A stretch of 62,911 nucleotides of DNA, filler included, from Basidioascus undulatus (taxonomy: Eukaryota), in the NCBI GenBank assembly GCA_000826855.1. It is 5 parts of 5 records of this genome, joined end to end, with 100 filler letters (N's around TTAATTAATTAA, not from the genome) between each part and the next. Parts side by side here need not be neighbours in the genome. Positions count along the whole stretch, not along the records: positions 25,241 to 37,738 come from JTLS01000900.1; positions 37,839 to 50,332 come from JTLS01000901.1; 3 more parts are not named here. One strand, written 5' to 3'. This document shows, one piece after another, positions 29,204 through 41,238 of this stretch (position 1 is its first letter; each line of letters opens with the position of its first letter). Made by a program: the position numbers and the translations under genes. The notes below the pieces were generated by a model. The model was not told the origin of the DNA. It saw nothing but the letters and a program-made list of their open reading frames with translations, and did not search any database.

Positions 29204-30694
29204 ATGCCCGCCCCCAAGCGTTCCACCCAGTCCACCCGCGCGACAAAGCGTGACCAGCCTGCCGCCCACGTCGTCCCCGCTTCCACTGCGTCCGCTCCGC
29301 TTCGTGTCGGACCACCTAAGGCTAAGCGCGGGCGTCCTCCCAAGGTAAGCCTTCCTTATTTCATTCTAATGCCTCAAGCTATCCACTGGGGCTTACACTT
29401 TTGGGCGGGCACAGAATCCTCAGGACGCTGTCGAGCCGCGCGCGGCGGATTCGGCGACTGCACCGCCCAAGGGCCGGCGCGGGCGTCCTTGTAAGGTTTC
29501 GCGTAAGGTGAGTATATATTTCGGATTTTTCTGTGGCTACTTTTGGCAGACTGTCTCTAAGGGGGTGGTGCTGGTGCATACAGAAGGCCGCGCCCGTCGC
29601 TGTCGAGCCGCCCGCTTCGGAACCGGAGGAGGAAGGGGACGAGGAGGTGCAGGTGATAGACATAGAGTCCGATGAAGACGAGCGGGACGGCGAGGAGGTT
29701 CTGAGCTCGGGGGACGAGTTTGAGCCCCCCCAGGATGAGGTGGAAGAGGAGGACGAATCGGATTTGTCTGGGGAGGAGGAGGAGGCACCTGCGCCTCGGT
29801 CGGCGCTGCCTCTTCCACCGCCGCCCGCAGTGCAGGTCATCACCGGCAAGCCGCACATTTATGGTGAGTGATCCCGAGTTATACTTTCCACGTAATTTTT
29901 TGTTCTTCTGTATTTGTAGTGCTGACGCTATTTGGATTTTGACAGGCTCCCCAGCTGCCATGGTTAACAAGGGCAAGGGCAAGGGTAAGGCGCCGGCTTG
30001 TACGTAGACTTTCTTACTTTTATTCTTATGATAACCTGATTATACACTTCTTACACAATCACCTTCATTATCACAGCACCGCCGCCCGTTCTTTCGTATG
30101 AAAAGCCACCCGTGCCCAACTACCGTGCAAACGTCGCGCCCGCCTTTTCCTGCACTCCCCCGAATGTCAAGCGGAGCATCTTCGGTGCGTACGACGCCCT
30201 TCCATTTCCCTTTACTTTCCGAAGGATTAGACCAGCGAGTAAAATTACAACTTTGACTTGCAGCGCAACCGACTCCGCGACACGACCCGGGCGTCGGCTC
30301 GTCGAAGCTCCCGCCGTCGACCAAGGCTAAGCGCTCGGCAGGTAAATTCCATTAAATTCTTCCAATCCTTCCTTTATGAAAAGCTTCTGAGCGCTACGAC
30401 TGCAACTGTAGCCGCCTTGGCAGACGAAGCCCCGGCACCTACCACGCCTCAGCAGGCCAAGCGCGTCCGGTTCAACAGCGACAGGGTGCGTTTCGAACCG
30501 CTCCCATCTCCTAACGTCACATGCTCCAACCTGACTATTCGTCTTCATTTTAATTTCAGACGCTGACCCCTAGCCAGCGCAAGCATCTGCAAGCGCAGCG
30601 AGACACCCAGATCCGGCGCGTCGAGGAGCTGGAAAACGAACTCGTGCTCGCGAAGAGTTTCCTTGATGGGCTCGAGAGTACACTAGATCAATAG
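29204..30694 (+). CDS. AT-hook / acidic low-complexity protein with C-terminal coiled coil, ~8 exons
   Basis: KRGRPPK and RRGRPCK AT-hook-like motifs, a long D/E tract, and last exon QIRRVEELENELVLAKSFLDGLESTLDQ*. Canonical GT..AG introns. Confidence 0.65.
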
Positions 30695-32299
30695 GGGTGC
30701 ATGTACGAAGGTCATTGGTGGCAGAAAATTCAGCGCGATTTATGGACTTGTTAGGAAGGCGATAGAGTGAAAGCTCCGTGTGGCCGGCATGGGCTCTCAA
30801 CGTGGGTCGACCACTATCTCGGAAAAAGTCAGCCACCGCGCGGTATAGCAACAGATTAAATTAATTGCCTAAAACGCAAGTTGTGATTCCATCACTCATC
30901 AAAACAGATCCCAGTCCACCGCCATCCGGTCCTTGCTCCCTTCGTCACATTTCAGTCCCCCGGTCTTTGCATCACCCAGCACTTTAGTACCACTTCCTAA
31001 CCATCTCGAGCAGGTCCAGAAATCCTCCAAAGCGCTTAACCCAACCCCTCGACCAGCTCCTGCCGGTCATAAGCGCGTAAGACGCATCGGATCCTTCGTA
31101 GGTCAGGCTGTCAAGAGCCGCTTGACTGACACCTGTCATGCATAGCGTCTTTGCGGGGGAGAGCGGAGCGTTGGGAAGAGCCTCGAACAGGTTCTCGGAG
31201 ATGTGAATATGCTCAAGAGGGGTGTGGGTTCCCTCCCTTGTCCCAAGAGAGGGTTCTGGGGTGCGGTAATCTGACGCTTTGGTGTCAGAAAATATTAGAC
31301 CGATATGAAGGCCGAAAGGCTCTTTCTATTGCTTCCGCAGCTGACTGCAAGGCAGCTGACTGCGAGTCTGCTTGGCTTCGCACGTTTGTATCTTGCTCTT
31401 TGCTTGCTTCCAAACATAAAGTGAGGCATCATAAACTTCATAAATCAATATGAAGTGCCAGGGTAACTTAGGGAGTGAGTGGCAGGTACTCGCAGGGTGG
31501 CGCTGGCGGCTCGCAGCGAAGAGGGGGACCGGGGAGGGGAGGACACGGTATGAGGGGGAGATGGGAATAACCCAGCTTATGGATATGCTTAAAATATATA
31601 CTCTTCCTGTGCTCTATGTGGTGGCCAAGTTTGAAATGAAGAGGACATCGCTGTGTGGCGGCCTTATGCCAGCCATAAGATGTGGCTGTCTTGCTGTCGG
31701 AGCGGATCAGTCGGCGTAAACGAAAAGCAGTGCGTTATCCGGCAGGCCGCTCGTGCGAAGATGAAGGGCTAGCGCGCGAAGGGGTCCAAGGAAGTGTCGC
31801 AAGAAGCGATGAACACGTTCTCGCCCCGAGAACATACTTTTAGTTCGAGGGATCGAAAGCCGGCTAAAAGGAATCCGTCGCGCTTGCGCTCGTTCAGGGT
31901 AAGTTAACGGAGGTTGGGAAACACCCGCGGGCTGATGGCGCTAGAAGCAATCCAGGACAGTTGCAATGATAGCGACGACTCCGATGACGGTGAAGAAGGG
32001 CATGATGATAGGAAGAAGTGTTACCCCAATGCAGTAGAACCAAAGTTTCTCACGTCCTGTGAAACAGTCCGTCTATCGGACGACGCGGGGCTTGAGATGG
32101 TGGCATCGCTGCTTCTGTGGGAGTGAACGTGGAGGATGCCAGGCTGCGGTCTTCCGCTCGCTAGGGTATCAGCTTTCGCCTGGGCATATCATGAGATGGG
32201 AAGTTTTCAGAGCTCATAGCAATGTTGGGGGGCATTAATACCGGCTTTAATATCGAAACTAAAATGTACGGGTGGAGTACTCGGAGGAGCAACAGCGTC

Positions 32300-34989
32300 G
32301 TCGTCAGCGGAAGGCTTCCTCCATAGCGTTGCCCTTTTCGCGGAGCGACTTTCCCACACAAGGGCAGAACACCAATGTGATCCGTGCGTTACATGATGCA
32401 TGTCCTGCCTCCCTACGCCCACCACGGCTCAGGCCCCTCCCCACCGCCTTGCGGACCTGGGCACCTTCCGCGGAAGTGCAGCCCAATGGACGCATGGTAC
32501 TTGGTCCTTTAAAATTGGCAATGAGCAGTCAGACTCACGTTACCCTTTTTGGAAAGGAATGACGAACTCGTAAGGGCAGAAGGGGCAAGCCTGCCTTCCC
32601 CCGTTCCTCCATGCCCGCATCGCTTGCGCAAATCCGGTGTGGAACGGGCTGGCGCTGCGGAGAGTCGGGTGAGGCATTAGCCACAAAGCTAGCAGATAAA
32701 ATGGAGCACTACGTACAGATGTTTCTGCATTTGTGAGGGGTTACGGCGACGTTCCCGCTCCTTCCGCCCGCAAGTCGGGTCGACCGCGCAGTGCGGACAA
32801 ACCGAGCGGGTCATACCGGTCGGCAGATTAGCCAGGAACCTGCAACGCAATGTTCTTAAGCACCAATGCAAAAATCCGGTACGTCGTACTTCCAAGCAGA
32901 TGGAGAAGACTTACCGCATGAGTGCAAGTCGCGCACAGGGAAGAGGAATCGGAAGCTCGTCGTCTTTGGTCCAAGGCTCAGGGACGGTGAGGCAGCCTGT
33001 TTTGAGGGTAGGTAAGAATTTCTAAAAAATGTGGTAGTTCAGGCATTCTTACGGACCTTGAAAGCTCTCTCGCCTGTCCCAGGACAGCGCTGCGTCCAGC
33101 ACGACGCTCGGCCGTTCCAGTTGCAACGCGCGTTCAGCACGCAGCGGCAAGCGAACCGGCGCCTCGGGAGGCGGTCCAGCTTTGAAGAGCTTGGGGAACA
33201 TCTTCGACAGCTTCGTCTGCACGGCGTGGGTCTGTACGTCGGGCGGTGTCGTCTCGTCCGCCAGCGCCGGCGCGCTGTCGCTGTACCGCGATTGCGGCTC
33301 GCGGGGGTCGCCTATGCCGGCGAAGAGCGCCGTCGTGTTGTAGTTTTTCGCTTGATTCGTGTAGTGACGGGTCTGAATGTTTAAGTACGTCACTATATAG
33401 CATTCAGGTAGATGCCAAACCGCAGGAAAGCACCGATGTCAGAGGAGAAGTGTGACCTCCGAAGGCCTGCGCGAGCTGGTCGCCGCCATGCTGGGCAGCC
33501 CGATCGAGGAGGTGGCGCCGGAAAGACGTCGGACAGACCCCTGCGAAACCGGTTCAAGTCAACCAAGAATCTGCATTTCCCGGTCACAGTTGGACTTACC
33601 AAACATAGACACTGCCTCCGCGAGCTTCCTGACTATGAAGGACAGGTTTGCGGCGTTGCGGGGCACCCACCCCTGCTTGAGCCCGTACCCGTTTGAGGTG
33701 ACCTGCGTGAGGAGAGGAAGACAACGGAAGGTAGGTTTTATTAGCTCGTGCACATCCTCGGTCTCGTCCGCAAGCAGGTCATCGAGGGTCTTGTGGGGGA
33801 AAGCGCCTAGGAGGAAGAGGAAAGTGACGATATGCACGCCGAGGTCGTGGATGAGGCCGGCATGATGAGACGCCGGCTCGGCGGTGAACGCGATGCTAGA
33901 ATAAATCCATTTCAGCAACAAGAGTGCGAACCATGCACAAATTCACGTACGGACGAGAATGGATACCGTTACCACCTTTCGTGTGCCGATGCTCAACCTT
34001 GACGGTGTAACCAGGACAGACGGGGTCGGGCCGGCGATAGATTTGCAGATCCTGGAGGGCTGTATAGGCGATGGTAACGAAACAGACTATGTCAAATCTC
34101 ACCTCGAACTTGAGGTACCGCTCCTCCAAGATCCATTCCACGTACGCCGGCCCGATGGAACCGGGACGCGGCGATTGGCAGAGCAGACAGAGAAGGACGA
34201 GATCTTGAAGCGTCTGTTCACAAAGGCAATATATTAAGCAACAGCTCGGTGCGGCAACACAGAGCTCAATTGAACTAACCGGGATTGCGCTGTTGTGCTT
34301 GACAATCTGTTGCTCGTACAGCAACTTGTACTCGAAAGGTCCTGCCGGAGGTACCTGATCCTTTTCAGTAATAAGGGAATATTTGCTGACAATATAATTT
34401 TGCCACTGTGAGGGTAAATATCAGTTACCATGGAGCGTAGCCAAAACTGATACTGGGAACACAGACTTACTGTGCGGAAGTCGGGACGCAGTTGATTAAC
34501 ATCGACCCGGGACAGGCCGTAATGCACACTTAGCTGCCAGAACATCAAGAACACTGGTCAGCAAAGTTACACGCCGTACACAGAGCGAGGATACCTACCA
34601 TCGTGAGAAAACCGTCCGTCCAAGCGCTCGGAGTGCCGCTCTTGAAAATGTGCCCCTTGGCTTCCATACGTTCCCGGAGCCTCATCTCGAGGAACGTTTC
34701 GCCAAGCACTGCCAACCATTAGACCTGCGGACTGAAAAGAATGAACCGAGAAAGACGACGACGCACAGCTGAGCTCTGCCCTACCCCACCCAGGCTGCGG
34801 CTGATGACCTGCATTAAACTGCTCGATATAGACCTTGAAGTCTGCATGTATCGCGTTCATCTGTGCCTTCTGTCTCGGCCTAAGGTGAGCAGTGCGCCGG
34901 TCAGGCTCCGTACCGGTAGCGAGTTTTGTCGCCGCAAGCCGGGCTGCTTGGGTGCGGCGCTCATCCCTTATGGAATTGTAGTGGGGCAT
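32300..34989 (-). CDS. Tyrosine recombinase, DUF3435 (Starship captain)/Crypton-like, about 10+ exons; 3' end approximate
   Basis: Manual splicing gives a continuous frame with catalytic-order motifs: SPRPGSIG...YLKFE|DLQIY (R ~34167), HTKGG (K ~33978), TSFRRH (~33520), AQAFGGH (~33453), TRHY (Y 33361-33363). These are followed by a CPHC...KHLASPFH zinc-finger-like segment. Confidence 0.75.
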
Positions 34990-36002
34990 TGATATTGTAG
35001 GTGATAAGGAATAGTTTGAAGTGGGAGGGTTTGGGTGTTTGTCTGGGAGGGGGTGTGTAGAGGGCGCAGGAAGCCCGGGGCGATGCAGCGTAGGACAGCA
35101 ACGTCAAAGGAGAAGAGAAGACGCACTCGCAGGTGCGCGCGCTTTTCAGCGCTCCTCTCAGATTGAAAAACGCGCTGCGCGCTTCTTACTTAGGAGCACG
35201 AGCGGTGGACGTTCAGTAGATGTTGATGGGACGGGCAAGGGGGGTGATGAGCGTGAAGTGCACCGAGGGTCAGCATGGGGAAGCCGGCCTGTGCGGGACA
35301 GCGCAAGGGCCGTCCGCACATGCCCAACACTCGCCCATAGCCCCTTGCTATGGACACAACGAAATAGGTTGAGATAGGTCTCTTGTTTTATGGAAGCTCG
35401 CTTCTACGAGGCTTGTATCTGCGGCAGGTATACAGACCTGCTGCCGCTCTGCTGTCAAGCAACGCGCTGCGTCGATCACGGTGTGCCCTGTGCCCTCGCG
35501 ATTCCCTTTCCACTTTCTTGACTAACTCGGGTAACTAGACCGTAAGTGATTCTAGGTCTTGGTTGTCCAAATCATAATTGACGTCTCGCTATACTGGGCA
35601 ATTGCTCTTGGAATCGGGGACGACCAGCAGCTCGCTCGACGAGCGTAATATTCCGCTCTCACTTGCTCTCGCACAAATCTCGCCTGCCGGCCTTGAACAG
35701 GCTTTCTCTTTTCCAGAAACTTCCAGAATGAGCAGGGCATTATTTGGCGGCATTTCCAAAGAGAAGTGTCAGATTGTTCTGTGACTCAGCAGCATTGTTG
35801 GAAGCTGGGACGGCCTCAGCCGCCGCGCTCGAGACCCTCCCTGCGCCGATGTTGCATTGTTGTGCTTCAGCAGATCGTAGACCGGTCGAAGTCACGTTGA
35901 AAATCCGCATACGTCCATGTAAGAAACGAAATCCGAAATTCATTAACATCCGTCCGCATTCCCTCGAAATCGTGCCCGGACATCGCGTCCGTGCCCCCGG
36001 CC

Positions 36003-37000
36003 TCACAGCAACCAAGGCACGACCGCCCTCCGCTCGCGCGGGTACTCCTCGCCAAACTTGGTCCTGTACCACATGTGCCCGCGCACAGCGCGGGGCGACA
36101 TCGTCCCCAAGAGCGCGAGCCAGAAGAGCCAGGGCGGGGCGCGTGCGTCGAAGTGCCGCGTCGCTGCGAGCGCGTAGCCGAGCCATTCGATCCATTCGCT
36201 GGAAGGGGTGCCGGCCCGGGTAAGGCGGGAGGTGGGAGGCGGGAGGCGTGAGGCGGGATACGGGAAGGAGAGGGTACGCACCAGAAGTAGTTAGGATACG
36301 AAATGAACCTGTACAGCCCCCCATGGGGGATCTCATACCGGTTCTTCTCCCCCTTCTGCTCCCCCGTCCCTCTCCGCAGCCTCAGCAGCACCTCGTCATG
36401 CCACCAGTTCCCCATGAACCCGACCGCCCATATCCCCACGCCCACCCAGAACCTCGCCGAACCCCACTCCGCCGTCTGCGCACCGGGCACGCGCCCGCCG
36501 ATCCACGCGCCCATCAGGAGCCCATTCAAGAGGTTGAAGGCCACCGCGCACGCGACGACGAGTAGATGGCTCGGCGAGCGGCACGGCGTGCGGAGGGGCG
36601 AGATGATGGCGCGGTTGATGTAGTGCGTGAGGTAAAGGCCCGCCAGGAGCTTGGACGTGGCGGGAAGGTGCGAGAGACGGGCAAGGGAGGGGAAGAGGAG
36701 CGAGGTTGAGGAGGTGAGAGGCGGCGAGAGGAGCGAGAGCGCGAAGATCAGAGGCGAGGGGAGCTCCATGAAAATCCAGGCGTAGCGGCCTGCTCAGAAC
36801 ACGTCAATGGTATTGGTCTCTGAACGGGAGAAGATGGGAATGCGCGCACCATCAAGAGCGAACTTGGAATCCGGCTTGGCGAACCGGCCGAAAGGGGCAT
36901 TGATGAAGAGGCTCGGGATAGAGAGGAGCGGGAACGTCTGGTAGACGGGTACAAGCGCCTCGTACACGTCTAGCGGCGTGGAGAACGAGAGGAGAGGCAT
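36003..37000 (-). CDS. 3-oxo-5-alpha-steroid 4-dehydrogenase (steroid 5-alpha-reductase family), 3 exons
   Basis: APFGRF, AWIFMELPS, HYINRAII, NWWHDEVLLRLR, YEIPHGGLYRFISYPNYF|CEWIEWLG, RAVRGHMWYRTKFGEEYPRERRAVVPWLL. Confidence 0.92.
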
Positions 37001-37931
37001 GATTGGCTTCGAGCACCGACTCCTGAGGGGGCAGGGAGAAGGATCAGCGTGTCGATTCAATTGTCAGTGGTATCGCGAGCTTGATCGACATGGCCGATTG
37101 ATCCCGCTGAGACGCAGAACGCGTGTATTGGTGGGTTTGAAAGGATTGGTAGTGAAATGCAGTCGTTCCCGAGACTCGAGAACCTAGTGAACTTCGATCT
37201 TCGCGCAGAGGGCCGTCGCCTGGGCTTCTTCGGAAGTTCGACTCACTGAGGCGCGGTCAAAGCGTGAGATTCTGACAGCGCGAGCGCTGTACGGACTTCG
37301 ATGACAAATAATGTAGCGAAGTAATTCCGTGAAAGAGCAAGTCGATCGAGGTGAGGAGCGAGAACAGGGGTGAGTGCAGGAAGACAAGGAAGGTGAGCTG
37401 ATCTTCTGGAAGACGCCTCCTCAGTGATGTCACCATCCTCGTTCCCCTGCGACCACTGAGCTGAAACAGCAAGGGGTTTTGCACGCACGCATCTGTCGAA
37501 TGTCTATACGAGCCAGAGCACAAGCGAAGGATCGAAGGGAACGAGGAGTCGCGCCTTGCTCAGATCCGAATGTCATCCAAGAGCCTGCACACGGCATACA
37601 ATCGTGGAAGAGCGCCCATTCCTCCCGTCCTATTCACGTGCATGTATTGTAACCCCCTCCCACCTGGCGCTCATTAAAGATAATGCGTGGAGCTTTGCTC
37701 CCATCATCGCATGGCGTGCAAAAAAAAAAAAAAAAAAANNNNNNNNNNNNNNNNNNNNNNNNNNNNNNNNNNNNNNNNNNNNTTAATTAATTAANNNNNN
37801 NNNNNNNNNNNNNNNNNNNNNNNNNNNNNNNNNNNNNNCCCCTCCCCCCCCCCTTCCTGCCTTTTACCCCCCTCCCCCTCATCCAGCCGCCACTGTGTCT
37901 GTTGCTGATGATATTGTTCCCTGCGACGAAG

Positions 37932-38379
37932 GTACCCTCAAACGCTCTTCGCCCTCGAAGAAGCCATCCTCCTCCAGCCGCAAAACCCGTTCCACCTCCT
38001 CCGCTACGCCGAGACGCTCTACACGTCGGGGGACATCCCCGCAGCGTGGAAGGCGTACCTCCGCGTCGCGGAGATGCAGGGCGACTGGCGGCGGGCATGG
38101 TTGGGCGTCAAGCTCGTGCGTCCTCCCTTCCCCGCCCCATCCACCTTCCTTCGCCATCTCAACCGCAAAGCAGGCTGATGAACTCGGCTGGAAACTCAGT
38201 GCGCCCGGAAACTCCTCCAAGAGTCCGAAGCGGACCGGCCGGAACTCGTGCAGGAGTTGGACGAGCTCGCGACGGACCGCCTGCTCGAACTGTACTCGAC
38301 GCCGAAGGACGCGAGTGCGGGCAGGCCGGACGAGGGGACGAGGAAGGGCGTTCTCAAGTTTTTGGAGGTGCTTTCGTAG
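37932..38379 (+). CDS. emc2: ER membrane protein complex subunit 2 (EMC2/TTC35), 3' exons only
   Basis: In a frame absent from the ORF track: YPQTLFALEEAILLQPQNPFHLLRYAETLYT...AYLRVAEM...RAWLGVKL|CARKLL...LATDRLLELYS. Confidence 0.8.
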
Positions 38380-38655
38380 AAGGGAATGAGATGAACCTTG
38401 ATTGCTCTTGGTGTTATGTGATGTTGTTGGATAGCCAGCGGCTGGAGGTCTTGATGGCGAGAGCAATAGTATCATGTAGGATGCCGACTGTCGTGGGCTT
38501 ACACGGAATGCAGAGATAACAGTAACGCAGACGCGGTTGGCGATCGGTGGTCCCAGGCATGGCCAGCCACACACCCCGCTTCTCATCCGCCAAAGTCGCC
38601 AGCCAGCTGGCAGGGCCACACTTTCCCTAGAAAAGGATAAATCAATATGCCCGAA

Positions 38656-39372
38656 TCAATATGCCCTATTCCCATCCACTCGCTCATATCCGCCACCCCC
38701 GGATGCGGGCATCCCGAATCCGCCCATGCCGTAGACCGCGCTCGGCTCGCGCTGCCTGCTCCAGGCTGGGAGAGCGGGATGAGACTTGAGGGACTGCAGT
38801 AGGCGTAATCCAATTCAGTTATGGCCCACACCCGAGGGCCGAGATGCGGATGGGGTACAAAGACGCAGCGTACCTGCCAGAGCGGGAACCGATCGAGGTT
38901 GATGCGGTCCTTGACGGCCGCTCCGAGGAGCAAGAGGGAGGTGATGACCAGGAAAGAGACGATGATAGCCTGGTCCTTAAACGTGTCCCTCTCTGTGTGA
39001 ACGCCATACCCCTCCCCATTAGCCCTGTCCGTCCGACCTGCACACCCACTATCTCTCCACCGCCCCCGCGGACACAGACGCACGGAAGCACCGACTCGAC
39101 ACATCCCCGCCCTGGCCCGTGCCCGTGTCGAGGTCCTCGTCGCCGAGCTGCGCGCCGCGGCAGATCGCGAGCTTCTGGTCGAGGCAGAACTGGCGCGTGC
39201 ATGTCGTGCACGGGTTCGCGGGGTCCGTAGGGAAGTTGAGCGGGATGATGGTGCTGTTCGAGAAGCACGAGCATTTGCAGAAGTGCAGGCCCGCTGAGGA
39301 CGCTTCTGCGAGCGTCGAAAAGAAGAAAATGAACGCGAGGGGGAGGGTTAGTCGTGAGCGGAGGAGGGACAT
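38656..39372 (-). CDS. Small conserved fungal Cys-rich single-pass membrane protein, 3 exons
   Basis: Signal peptide, FCKCSCFSNSTIIPL, CTTCTRQFCLD, CF|QRDTFKDQAIIVSF, then a transmembrane helix. Confidence 0.8.
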
Positions 39373-39459
39373 GGTGACGGTTGGAGGGCAACCTCGGGGC
39401 GCGTCCACGGCGCGTGCAAGTCTCGGATGGTTCGGTCGGGTTCACGTTGGACCACCATC

Positions 39460-40153
39460 ATGACCTCGTCGAGTTTCCCAGCCTTTGTCATCCCAGCACT
39501 TACATCCGGGGCACTTGCTGCATTGGCAGGCGTAAGCGAACACTTCGCATCGTGGCTTATTTGATCGGGACGAGGCTCATTTGCCCCATACCCGCACAGC
39601 TGCTCAGCAAGCTCCTGACAGACGAGCGAGTCGCGGGCTGGGCTGGAGTCTTGTGCAGCTCGCTGGACAGTGCGCCGGGGCATAACAGGGTGTGCATGAA
39701 ATCTGAAGGGGGTCCTGTAGGGGTACGTGCAATCTCTGTTCTCCCGTTGAAGTCTGCGCTGAGTCCCTTGATCGGCCGGCCGCCCAGCTCACCTATCTGC
39801 TTCGCCCAATTTTCCTCCTCCTCATCCTTCTCACCAACTCCGCGATGTGGGCGACTTACTCCCGCGCTCTCGCTCTCGGGGCGTCGTCCACCTCGGGAGT
39901 GCCCACCGCCGACGAGGCACGGGGCGGAGCGAAGAAGGCTGGCGCGACGACGAGGGTGGTAGTGGTGAATACCGGCGCGAACCTCCTCTTCACGGTGAGC
40001 AGCTCCTTCTAGTCCTCGGATTATACGTGTCTTAATGGTGTGCGTTCTGGAAAGGCTCTGCTCGGGAGGATATTACTCGGCGAAACGCTGTCCAGTCAGT
40101 GGTTTCTTGGGGCGGCTTGCATCTTGTCGGGGATGGTGCTTGTGGCTGGATGA
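39460..40153 (+). CDS. TMEM42-like small multi-pass membrane protein, 4 exons
   Basis: Spliced: ALTSGALAALAG|LLSKL...LTNSAMWATYSRAL...VVVVNTGANLLFT|ALLGRILLGETLSSQWFLGAACILSGMVLVAG*. Confidence 0.8.
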
Positions 40154-40162
40154 TGGATTGTT

Positions 40163-41179
40163 CTAAGTCACTCGGTGCTGGCTCAGCGCGACTACGTGTA
40201 ATTGAGGAAGATTCTGCTGGTCTTCTTTGCAAGCACGTTGGCGTGCCATGCAGCTGGCGGTTGTGTTGCGGGTTTCAGAGGAGCCCGTAAAGCGTTCTGT
40301 TGAGTAAGGAACCTTCAAGCACAAGTCTTCAAGATTTGCACAACACCGCTTTATCACACTACACACCAGCGTGCTGCGCAAGCCCTGTCCCGCTAGCATC
40401 CTTCCATCCAGCCTTCGAGCACTCGCAGCGTGTGTCCCTCAGCGTCCTCCACCGCGATGCCCTTCGCCTGCAGCTCAAGAGATATGCGTACAAAGCACCC
40501 AAAATTGGCATCGGGCTCCTGCTCCATATCTCATCGTCTGACTGCAGTGTCATGGCATCTTTCAGGTAGCGTGGCAGGAGTGACCAGCGCGGACCTGATC
40601 ACGAACGAACGTGGCGCTGGATCGGAACTCGTAGTACTCCTCATAGAAATCGTTTGTAAAGAGCATCTCAATAGTGGGTGGCAGGCGAGTCTGAAGAGAA
40701 GTCGAATCCGCGTAATAGAGTTGAAGAACATTCAAAACGGGGCAAGTTTGATCAAGATCGAAAAGAAGCATCATGGCGTTGGGGACTTGGAGATCCAGCT
40801 CAACGAGATGCGAACCATGTCGCTCGAGTAAGGGAAGGAGGCTGCCGAATAGCGGATGACCCTCGACACATCGTTGTAGTTTGTGCAAGTTTGGCATGTG
40901 AAAGAGCTCGAGCGAATGCCAGTCATCAGCTGCAGACGAATACGTCTCCCACGATAGTACTTCAAGCTTCGGAGCACTACCTCGCCCAGAGAAGCAGACT
41001 CCTCCCACCCGCAGAACAGGCGGAGTGTGCGGAGATTCTTCAGCAGAGGAAGGAGGTCGAGTGAGGGAACAGCGTCGTCGACGACACCGGTCTGCAAGGT
41101 TACAAATGTCTCCGAGCCGCTGCACCACAACACACGAAAAATAGCAGGTCCCATCGCATATGAAGTTGTCAAGGAGCAT
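40163..41179 (-). CDS. Hypothetical LRR/F-box-like protein, fragmented
   Basis: LKNLRTLRL, APKLEVLSW, HLVELDL, CPVLNVLQL and CANLEDLCL occur across shifting frames. Confidence 0.45.
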
Positions 41180-41238
41180 GCTCGGTAACAGTGTATGGTT
41201 GTTCTTGAACTTTTATGCGTGCTGACCGTGGAAGAATC

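Larger units (their letters stand above)
27863..35547 (-). mobile_element. Candidate tyrosine-recombinase mobile element (~7.7 kb, Starship/Crypton-like)
   Basis: Block between two housekeeping genes. It contains an inward-facing YR gene near one end and a convergent AT-hook gene, and is bounded by the direct repeat CCGTAAGT (27863-27870, 35540-35547). Boundaries are tentative. Confidence 0.5.

Noticed and set aside
37895..38519. The two listed plus-strand ORFs as the real protein
   Set aside because: The third frame gives a recognisable EMC2 C-terminus; the listed ORFs are off-frame.
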